Source: Alphaproteobacteria bacterium (GTDB lineage: Bacteria; Pseudomonadota; Alphaproteobacteria; UBA9219; RFNS01). From it: a stretch of DNA of 56,130 nucleotides. This document shows, in pieces, positions 30,081-36,841 of this stretch. The stretch covers positions 1-56,130 of the forward strand of contig RFNS01000252.1 in the NCBI GenBank assembly GCA_009927055.1, read 5' to 3'. Under the pieces are notes generated by a model, which was not told the DNA's origin, searched no databases, and saw only the letters and a list, made by a program, of their open reading frames with translations. Within the stretch, counting starts at the first letter, position 1, and the number at the start of each line of letters is the position of its first letter. Made by a program: the position numbers and the translations under genes.

Positions 30081-30656
30081 CCCACCATCATCTGCTGTTA
30101 ATGCGGCCCCGAGCTGGTTGCGCGACGTGCAGCATTCACTGTACGCTGTCTTGCCACAAGCGTCATCGCTGTGCCCGTTATATACATAGCGATATCGGTA
30201 AAATCGAGCCGCATCATGTATGTTTTCAGTGAATATGGATCGAGAGATGGGTGCCTAGTCCAAACGGTATTCACCTCGTGAAGAATTCCTAACCCAAGGA
30301 CTCCTAATACTTTACCCGTATGCGATTTTGACAGGTACTCGCCAAGACTTTCTCGCATACCTGTCGATTGCCTCAACAAGAACGCAATCGTGAGAGCAAA
30401 CCCAACATAAGTTTGCACATCAAGGAGATTGCCAAAATGGTTTGAGAACCCAGAAAAATACTGTTTAAGCGGCGGTTCGCGCAGCAAGGTAAAGTTAGAA
30501 AAATTCATGATCAAACACAAAAAATAAAAACACATTTCCTGACTAACTGCCTTATTAAAATCATTCGGATTCATAAAATTTTTTAGACGCTGCGAATAGA
30601 TTGCTTTCGACATTTGAAAGTCTATCCACACAACACTACCCCACCATCATCTGCTG
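30081..30656. repeat. 17-bp perfect direct repeat pair duplicating the stop-codon region of the alpha/beta hydrolase gene
   Basis: cccaccatcatctgctg occurs at 30081-30097 and 30640-30656. On the minus strand both copies read QQMMVG followed by a stop (TGA and TAG respectively). Confidence 0.9.
30098..30613 (-). CDS. Hypothetical membrane protein (AT-rich islet, orphan)
   Basis: ORF 30098..30631, with a likely ATG at 30613 (MSKAIYS). Hydrophobic segments include CFYFLCLIMNF, VGFALTIAFLL and VLGVLGLGIL. I recognise no family. It lies exactly between the two 17-bp repeats. Confidence 0.5.
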   Translation of the reverse strand: MSKAIYSQRLKNFMNPNDFNKAVSQEMCFYFLCLIMNFSNFTLLREPPLKQYFSGFSNHFGNLLDVQTYVGFALTIAFLLRQSTGMRESLGEYLSKSHTGKVLGVLGLGILHEVNTVWTRHPSLDPYSLKTYMMRLDFTDIAMYITGTAMTLVARQRTVNAARRATSSGPH

Positions 30657-31307
30657 CTGCAGGGGCAGTTGATACAAAACGGCATCCACATAGTCGGCCA
30701 CTTCATCGTTCAGCTGGTTCAGGTGATTGTTGAAGAAGTGATCGCCACCTTTGATGATGCGATAATCGATGTTGATGTCGCGCTGGTGGGTCAGTTTGTT
30801 GATGAGTTTGCCCACGTGCATCTCGGGCACGATTTCATCTTGGTCGCCGTGCACAATCAGACCGCTGGTGGGGCATGGGGCCAGAAACGTAAAATCGAGC
30901 ATATTGGCGGGCGGCGCGATGCTGATAAAGCTGTCAATCTCTGGTCGGCGCATCAGCAGCTGCATGCCAATCCACGCGCCGAACGAAAAACCGGCAACAA
31001 AAATAGACCGCGGATTTTTGTTATGCTGCAACAGCCAATCCATGGCGGCGGCGGCATCGCTCAACTCGCCCTCGCCCCTGTCATAGCGGCCCTGACTGCG
31101 CCCCACGCCCCGAAAGTTGAAGCGCATCACCGAAAAATCACGCTCGGCGAAAATGTTATACATGGCATAGCACACCTTGTTGTTCATGGTGCCGCCGTGC
31201 TGCGGGTGGGGGTGTAAAATAATGGCAATGGGGGCTGTAGGCGATTTGCCTTGTTTATATCGGCCTTCGAGACGGCCAGCAGGACCAGCAAACAGGACTT
31301 CGGGCAT
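30636..31307 (-). CDS. Alpha/beta hydrolase (short, about 220 aa)
   Basis: A nucleophile elbow GFSFGA and the patterns ILHPHPQHGGTMNNKV, FNFRGVGRSQG and HGDQDEIV are typical of this conserved hydrolase family. Confidence 0.8.
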   Translation of the reverse strand: MPEVLFAGPAGRLEGRYKQGKSPTAPIAIILHPHPQHGGTMNNKVCYAMYNIFAERDFSVMRFNFRGVGRSQGRYDRGEGELSDAAAAMDWLLQHNKNPRSIFVAGFSFGAWIGMQLLMRRPEIDSFISIAPPANMLDFTFLAPCPTSGLIVHGDQDEIVPEMHVGKLINKLTHQRDINIDYRIIKGGDHFFNNHLNQLNDEVADYVDAVLYQLPLQQQMMVG

Positions 31308-31361
31308 GATTCACCGTTTTCTATTGGTAAACAAACTGTTACTCCTCAAAACTTAGGCGAT

Positions 31362-31378
31362 TGGCACTTGAAAAAGCA
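31362..31378 (+). promoter_or_regulatory. Possible sigma-54 (-24/-12) promoter upstream of the cysteine desulfurase gene
   Basis: TGGCACttgaaaaAGCA has the GG-N10-GC spacing and a perfect -24 hexamer, but AAGC instead of TTGC at -12. It lies about 125 nt upstream of ATG 31500. Confidence 0.25.
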
Positions 31379-31499
31379 AGAACTTCTATGCTTTCGCCAG
31401 AAAACTTCATGCAAGCATTTGATTTTTGCCTGAAAATAATGTATAGTGCTGAAAAATCAATAACTTACATAAAACGCCTTCGGGCAGATCACTGGGCGC

Positions 31500-32621
31500 A
31501 TGACCTATCTTGACCATAACGCAACCACACCGCTCAAGCCTCAGGCCGCGGCCAGAATGGCCCACATGGCCGGTTTGTGGGGGAATGCGTCCTCGGTGCA
31601 TCGTTATGGGCGCGAGGTGCGGCAGCACATGATGGCCGCGCGGCATACCCTTTCCGGGGCTGTGGGCGCCACGCCCGCCGGCATTGTTTTTTGCAGCGGC
31701 GCGACCGAGGCTTTGCACCTGGCCCTTGCCCAGTGTGCGCCCACGCAGGTGGCCTATACAGCGATTGAGCATGATGCCGTGCGCGCCGCCGCAGGCACCC
31801 AGGCCACGGTGATTCCGGCCACGCCCGATGGTGTCGTTCATCTGATTGCGCTTGAAAAAATTTTGCAGCAGGGATCCATTAAACTTGTCGCCTGCATGCT
31901 GGCCAATAACGAAACCGGCGTGCTGCAACCCGTGGCCGATGTAGCAGCGCTGGCCAAAAAATATGGCGCCATGGTTGTGGTCGATGCGGTGCAGGCTGTG
32001 GGAAAAATCCCCTTTCATTTTGGGTCGCTGGGGGTCGATATGGCGGCCATTTCGGCCCACAAAATGGGTGGGCCGGCGGGCATGGGCGCCTTGCTGGTGC
32101 GCGAGGGGCTAGATATTCGGCCCATCCTGCGCGGTGGCGGACAAGAAATGAACCGTCGCGCCGGCACCGAGAATTTTTTGGGCATCATGGGTTTTGCCGC
32201 CGCCGCCGAAACGCTGGAGGCTGATTTAGCCTTCCAACAAAATCTCTCGGCATGGAAAAATGCGTTTGAAGAAAAAATTGTGGCGCACGCGCCCCACGCC
32301 ACCATTGCAGGACGCCGCGCGCCGCGCCTTCCCAACACCACCTGTGTCATCATGAAAAACACCCCCAGCGAAACACAGGTGGTGACGATGGACCTGGAAG
32401 GCATCGCCATCAGTGCCGGCGCCGCCTGCAGCAGCGGCCGCGTTAAACCATCCCACGTGCTTCAGGCCATGGGGTTTGATGCGGCTGATGCCGCGTCGGC
32501 CATTCGCATCTCAAGCGGCCGCACCACCACAGAAGCCGATTATGTGCAGGCATGGCAGGTGTGGTTGTCATTGTATCAGCGCAAACATTCAACCCCCTCA
32601 ACAACGCCGCTGGCGGCTTGA
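31500..32621 (+). CDS. Cysteine desulfurase (class V aminotransferase, NifS/IscS-like)
   Basis: MTYLDHNATTP, a PLP-lysine context (SAHKMGGPAGMGAL) and an active-site Cys context (SAGAACSSG). Confidence 0.85.
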   Translation: MTYLDHNATTPLKPQAAARMAHMAGLWGNASSVHRYGREVRQHMMAARHTLSGAVGATPAGIVFCSGATEALHLALAQCAPTQVAYTAIEHDAVRAAAGTQATVIPATPDGVVHLIALEKILQQGSIKLVACMLANNETGVLQPVADVAALAKKYGAMVVVDAVQAVGKIPFHFGSLGVDMAAISAHKMGGPAGMGALLVREGLDIRPILRGGGQEMNRRAGTENFLGIMGFAAAAETLEADLAFQQNLSAWKNAFEEKIVAHAPHATIAGRRAPRLPNTTCVIMKNTPSETQVVTMDLEGIAISAGAACSSGRVKPSHVLQAMGFDAADAASAIRISSGRTTTEADYVQAWQVWLSLYQRKHSTPSTTPLAA

Positions 32622-32632
32622 AAGGAAACAGA

Positions 32633-33280
32633 ATGACTCAGGTTGTTGGTTTTATGGACTATCAGAAACAGATTGAAAGTTTTGTGTGCTGGCATTGCCA
32701 CGGCCGCACCGATGAAACGGCCATGTTCTGCAATCACTGCGGCAGCGTGCAGAATGTGCGCGCGGCCGATCATTTCGCGCGCCTTGGCCTTGAACGGCGG
32801 CTGGATGTGAACGTGACCGATCTGGATGATCGTTTCAATAAATTGCGCAAGCCGCTTGATCCGAATTTTTTCATGATCCGCAGCACGACCGAGCGCAACT
32901 TTGCCGCACGCCAACTGATCGCCCTGGTGGAAGCCTATGAAACACTGCGCGATCCTGTTCAGCGCGGGCGTTACTGGCTGAAGCTTCATCAGCAAGATTT
33001 TGTGGCCGCCAAAAACGATCATCCTGTGGTGCAAAAAATGCGCGCCGAATTTGATAATGTGGCCGATGACACCGCTCAGCTAGATATGCTGGCCCAGCGC
33101 ACCAATGCCCTGCTTCAAAACGGTGTGATGAAATTGCTGACCAGCCTGCGCCAGCAAAACTGGGAAGAAGCGAACCAAGCCCTGGTCGAGCTGGACGGCA
33201 TGGAAGATATCCTCTCGCAAACACGCGCGAGACGCCAGGGAATGACCAAAGTTGACCCAGACACCGAGTGGAGTTGTTAG
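32633..33280 (+). CDS. HscB-like co-chaperone with an N-terminal zinc ribbon and a degenerate J-domain
   Basis: CWHCHGRTDETAMFCNHCG (CxxC-N11-CxxC), then a J-domain-like FARLGLERRLDVNVTDLDDRFNKLRKPLDPNFF...AYETLRDPVQRGRYWL, and a helical C-domain. AAGGA lies upstream of the ATG. The HPD tripeptide is not present. Confidence 0.6.
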   Translation: MTQVVGFMDYQKQIESFVCWHCHGRTDETAMFCNHCGSVQNVRAADHFARLGLERRLDVNVTDLDDRFNKLRKPLDPNFFMIRSTTERNFAARQLIALVEAYETLRDPVQRGRYWLKLHQQDFVAAKNDHPVVQKMRAEFDNVADDTAQLDMLAQRTNALLQNGVMKLLTSLRQQNWEEANQALVELDGMEDILSQTRARRQGMTKVDPDTEWSC

Positions 33281-33283
33281 CCC

Positions 33284-33850
33284 CTAATTTTTCACATCGG
33301 CCGCGATGCGCACCGAAATTATTTTATCGGGGTCAGACACCGCGCCATTGTTCGCGGCTGTGCCGGCCTTCAGCGCATCGACAAATTCCATACCGCTGGT
33401 CACCTGTCCCCACACGGTATATTGGCCGTTCAGGTGCGGCGCTTCATCGAAGCAGATAAAAAACTGGCTATCGGCCGAGTTGGGATCGCTGGTGCGCGCC
33501 ATGCCCAGCGTGCCGCGAATAAATGGCGTTGATGAAAATTCGGCGTTCAATTTCTGGCCACTGCCGCCTGTGCCGTTGCCTTGAGGATCACCCGTCTGGG
33601 CCATAAAGCCGGGGATGACGCGGTGGAACACCAACCCATCATAAAACTTGTCGCGCACCAGCTGTTTGATGCGTTCAACATGCTTGGGCGCCACGTCGGG
33701 GCGCAGTTGAATGGTGACCTGGCCTTTGGGCAGGGTCATGATAAGCGTGTTTTCAGGGTCCATGGCTTTTACCTCGGGTTGCTGGGCGTGCACGCTAGCA
33801 CCCACCGCCAGCAATGCCAATATAAACAGACGTTGAAAAAGTTTTGTCAT
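33284..33850 (-). CDS. ppiA: Periplasmic peptidyl-prolyl cis-trans isomerase (cyclophilin type)
   Basis: Start at MTKLFQRLFILALLAVGASVHA (signal peptide, ATG 33850). Motifs are FHRVIPGFMAQTGDP, GTLGMAR and SQFFICF. The longer track ORF (to 34156) runs across the tRNA-Thr gene and is rejected. Confidence 0.88.
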   Translation of the reverse strand: MTKLFQRLFILALLAVGASVHAQQPEVKAMDPENTLIMTLPKGQVTIQLRPDVAPKHVERIKQLVRDKFYDGLVFHRVIPGFMAQTGDPQGNGTGGSGQKLNAEFSSTPFIRGTLGMARTSDPNSADSQFFICFDEAPHLNGQYTVWGQVTSGMEFVDALKAGTAANNGAVSDPDKIISVRIAADVKN

Positions 33851-33960
33851 GATCTCCTCGCGCGATTCAGAATGGCATTTCATCATCACTTTAGCGCATG
33901 GCAAATCTATGGCAAAGCGTGTGGCTGATTGCGCCCGCGCAATGAATGGTCCGCTGGGAA

Positions 33961-34035
33961 TGGTGCCGCTGGAGGGATTTGAACCCCCGACCTTGGCTTT
34001 ACGAAAGCCCTGCTCTACCCCTGAGCCACAGCGGC
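33961..34035 (-). tRNA. tRNA-Thr (anticodon CGU)
   Basis: The reverse complement reads GCCGCTGTGGCTCAGGGGTAGAGCAGGGCTTTCGTAAAGCCAAGGTCGGGGGTTCAAATCCCTCCAGCGGCACCA. It has acceptor pairing GCCGCTG/CAGCGGC, a TTCGTAA anticodon loop, a GGTTCAAAT T-loop and an encoded CCA. Confidence 0.9.
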
Positions 34036-34169
34036 ACGTGTGGTCATTTATCGTGGGCGCCCCGAACGTGTCAAACTTAAAAGGCAGGACGAAGCCGGAA
34101 GACAAAAAACTGCAGCCCCTGGCAGACACAACAGTGTTATTTTTGGTGTCTTTCACTCAGGTCTTTAAC

Positions 34170-34418
34170 CTAATGCGTCTGCGTGGGGCGCACCCAATGC
34201 GAGACGATAATATCGGCCTTTTGGCGCCCCACATCGGGGTGATACCACTCAAAAACGCGCAGCGCTGCCGCATAGGCAAAAATCTCGGGCTGGTCTTTCA
34301 GCATTTCGGCATAGGCCCGTTTCACGGCGCTGGCGCAGCAATCGCCCTCGCACACGTCTTCGGCCACGTTTTCAGATTCGGCCAGAATTTCATCCACCGT
34401 CTGTTCAGGACGCACCAT
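34170..34418 (-). CDS. Small acidic Cys-containing hypothetical protein co-transcribed with the Irr-like regulator
   Basis: 82 aa. The start lies 2 nt after the regulator's stop. It contains CEGDCC. I recognise no family. Confidence 0.5.
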   Translation of the reverse strand: MVRPEQTVDEILAESENVAEDVCEGDCCASAVKRAYAEMLKDQPEIFAYAAALRVFEWYHPDVGRQKADIIVSHWVRPTQTH

Positions 34419-34420
34419 GG

Positions 34421-34852
34421 CTATCTCCGCCGGCTGGGGGGCGTTTTGCTGCCTTTTTTCACGCCATAAATTTCAAACCGCTGGCTGACCAGCTCATAGC
34501 CGTGCTGTGCCGCGATTTTCTCCATCAGCTTCTGCGCCTCGTGGCTGATAAATTCCAATACCTCGCCGCTGTTCAAATCGATCAGGTGGTGGTGATCCTC
34601 GCGCGATTCTTCATACCGTGCGCGGCCATCGCCAAAATCGTGCCGGTCGATCACGCTCGCATCCTCCAGCAAACGCATGGTGCGATAAACGGTGGCAATG
34701 CTGATGCGATGATCAATTTTATTGGCGCGTTGATAAACCTCCTCCACGTCCGGGTGGTCGGTCGCCTCAGAAAGCACGCGGCTGATGGTTCGCCGCTGCT
34801 CGGTCATTTTCAGGCCTTTTTCGGCACACAACTTTTCAATGCGGGAGAGCAT
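34421..34852 (-). CDS. irr: Fur-family regulator, Irr-like (no CxxC pairs, HHH motif)
   Basis: Winged-helix pattern TEQRRTISRVL...ISIATVYRTMRLL, then REDHHHLIDLNSGEVLEF with no cysteine pairs, as I recall for alphaproteobacterial Irr. Start at MLSRIEK (34852). Confidence 0.7.
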   Translation of the reverse strand: MLSRIEKLCAEKGLKMTEQRRTISRVLSEATDHPDVEEVYQRANKIDHRISIATVYRTMRLLEDASVIDRHDFGDGRARYEESREDHHHLIDLNSGEVLEFISHEAQKLMEKIAAQHGYELVSQRFEIYGVKKGSKTPPSRRR

Positions 34853-34914
34853 GGTGAAAGCATAACACATGACTGCATCTTGACAAATTTTGCGCCTTGC
34901 CCCACCTGAAAACC

Positions 34915-35247
34915 ATGCCCTACGTTGTGACCGATGCCTGCATTCGCTGCAAATACACCGACTGTGTCGAGGTGTGCCCTGTCGATTGTTTTTATGAAGG
35001 GGCCAACATGCTGGTCATCAACCCTGATGAGTGCATCGATTGCGGCGTGTGTGAGCCTGAGTGCCCGGCCGAAGCGATTGTCAGCGATAACGACAACCGC
35101 GCCGCCCAGTGGCTGGAGCTGAACCGCGAAAAATCGGCCGCATGGCCCAACATTAATCGCAAAAAAGAAGCTCTCCCAGATGCCGACGCCTGGAAGGGTA
35201 AAGAGGGTAAGTATCCTGCCGAATTTAAGGATGAGGCGGGGGCCTAG
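34915..35247 (+). CDS. fdxA: 7Fe-type ferredoxin
   Basis: [29 protein letters not shown]...[12 protein letters not shown] is the classic FdxA cluster-binding pattern. Confidence 0.9.
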   Translation: MPYVVTDACIRCKYTDCVEVCPVDCFYEGANMLVINPDECIDCGVCEPECPAEAIVSDNDNRAAQWLELNREKSAAWPNINRKKEALPDADAWKGKEGKYPAEFKDEAGA

Positions 35248-35480
35248 GGAGGCCATCGAGTGTTCAGTCAAAAAAAAATGCATCCCCACAGGCCAGACAT
35301 GCCGTTGAAATGCCCATAATATGTTGATTATTAATGGTTTTTTTATTAGCAGCCAGGGTATCCTCTCCCTTATTTTTCCACTACCCCCGGCGCACATTAA
35401 CCATTATGAAAATAATTCTTGCCTTTAATTACTGCTTCCTGTAAGTAAAGCGGCATTTCGCCCACGCGTAAGGATAACAT

Positions 35481-35987
35481 TTGACGCAATATAGCGATAA
35501 AGGCTTTAACGCCCCCCCCTTTGCCAGCCCTGCTGGCGGCCAAACCGCGCCAGAGAAAGCGGCATGGCAGACTGTTGGCATTAGCCCCACCACCAACTGG
35601 GCCGAACAAGACGAACGATTAAAACAATTGTGGGATCAGGGTCTGACCCCCGCCAAAATTGCCGAAGCCTTGGGTCGCACCGAAGCCGCCGTGATGACAC
35701 GCGCGGCACGCATTGGCCTGCCCCGCCGTTTTGCCCCCGGTCGCAAGGCCCAAAGCCCCAACGTGGCCCGCCCCACGGTAAAGCGCGAAGCGCGCATGCG
35801 CAGCACCGCATCGTTCACCAACTTGGCCGAACCCGTGGCCCAGATTGTGGAGCGCGTGTGTTTAATGTGCCTAACCAAATTCCCCAGCGTCGGTCGTCAT
35901 AACCGCATTTGCAACGGCTGCAAGGACACTAACGAATATCGCAATGCGCTGGAAGTGACCGAATATAACGTTCAAAGCCGATCGTAA
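35481..35987 (+). CDS. GcrA-like N-terminal HTH protein with a C-terminal CxxC...CxxC zinc ribbon
   Basis: WAEQDERLKQLWDQGLTPAKIAEALGRTEAAVMTRAARIGLPRR resembles the GcrA N-terminal DNA-binding domain (WTDERVELLKKLWxEGLSASQIA...GKVHRLGL). The C-terminal CLMCLTKFPSVGRHNRICNGC is not GcrA-like. Only a TTG start is available, so the 5' end is uncertain. Confidence 0.55.
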   Translation: MTQYSDKGFNAPPFASPAGGQTAPEKAAWQTVGISPTTNWAEQDERLKQLWDQGLTPAKIAEALGRTEAAVMTRAARIGLPRRFAPGRKAQSPNVARPTVKREARMRSTASFTNLAEPVAQIVERVCLMCLTKFPSVGRHNRICNGCKDTNEYRNALEVTEYNVQSRS

Positions 35988-36331
35988 TCGCAGCGCGGCC
36001 CGTTTTGGTTGACTGCTCGAAAGCGAGCCCATCAATGGCACAAACATTCAACGGCACTGGCATTAACGCCGCCCAACGTCATGCCTGTCATACAATCACC
36101 CCCTGATAAGCAATAAGAGCGGCAGGGCGATAAGATCAGGGCCCATTCATTCAGAACGTTTACACACACCAGCACTTCAAACCTTGCTGAAGCAGAAAGG
36201 CATTTTGCGGGCCGAACGCCACAATAACCAAGGCCATGAGCGCGCACCCTCAAGAAAAGGCAGAGAAAAAGACGACACGTTCATGCGTGGGAGGATGGGA
36301 GGGGGAAAGGCGCAAGAGAAACAATAGGCAA

Positions 36332-36383
36332 CAAAAAACCCCTGTTTGAGATACCAGCCAAAGCGTGGCAACCCAAACAGGGG
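36332..36383 (-). terminator. Rho-independent terminator of the Lys-rich microprotein gene
   Basis: cccctgtttg (36339-36348) pairs with caaacagggg (36374-36383). On the minus strand it is followed by TTTTTT (plus-strand a-run 36333-36338). The loop is rather large (25 nt). Confidence 0.55.
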
Positions 36384-36402
36384 TCAGTTGCGCTCAGAAG
36401 AA

Positions 36403-36486
36403 TTACTTCTTCTTCGCTGTTTTTTTCGCTACTTTTTTCACCGTCTTTTTGGCGGGTTTTTTAGCAGCTTTCTTTTTTACAGCCAT
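36403..36486 (-). CDS. 27-aa lysine-rich microprotein (histone H1-tail-like)
   Basis: Not in the ORF track because it is too short. Manual translation gives MAVKKKAAKKPAKKTVKKVAKKTAKKK-stop. A strong SD, GGAGGAG, ends 6 nt before the ATG (ggaggagaaaaacATG), and a terminator lies 20 nt after the stop. Confidence 0.65.
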   Translation of the reverse strand: MAVKKKAAKKPAKKTVKKVAKKTAKKK

Positions 36487-36723
36487 GTTTTTCTCCTCCT
36501 CGTAGAGAAAGTACGATCATCATCATCGTATAATCGTTACCAAGTCAATAACAATTCTGTGTTTGAGTGCGATTTGAATCAATTTTTGTGTTTCTTCATG
36601 TCATATCGTTGCATACACGCAACAGATTTTGCATCACGCGCGCATCACAACGCGATGATGATGCAAAAATTTTCGCGCGATGATTCTGTTTTTTGATTCT
36701 GCTCACGCAATTTTTTTGTCGCA

Positions 36724-36751
36724 CTATCGATGTGTGACTATCGATGTGTGA
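36724..36751. repeat. Perfect 2 x 14-bp tandem repeat in an AT-rich spacer
   Basis: ctatcgatgtgtga occurs at 36724-36737 and again at 36738-36751. Confidence 0.85.
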
Positions 36752-36841
36752 TGGTGATGATCATCATGCCAAACATATTTATGGCACCGCACAACAAATG
36801 GGGCAGCCACTATCAAACCATCGCTGATGACAAGGGACAGA

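Noticed and set aside
30621-30631. Near-consensus DnaA box ctatccaca next to the hydrolase gene end
   Set aside because: It has one mismatch, is a single copy, and lies inside the likely 5' end of the orphan membrane ORF. It is most likely fortuitous.
33851-34156. N-terminal 102 codons of the 290-aa track ORF 33284-34156
   Set aside because: The extension reads straight through the tRNA-Thr gene (33961-34035). The cyclophilin has a proper signal peptide starting at ATG 33850.
34810-35397. 195-aa minus-strand ORF
   Set aside because: It is antisense to the unmistakable fdxA gene and overlaps the irr-like start.
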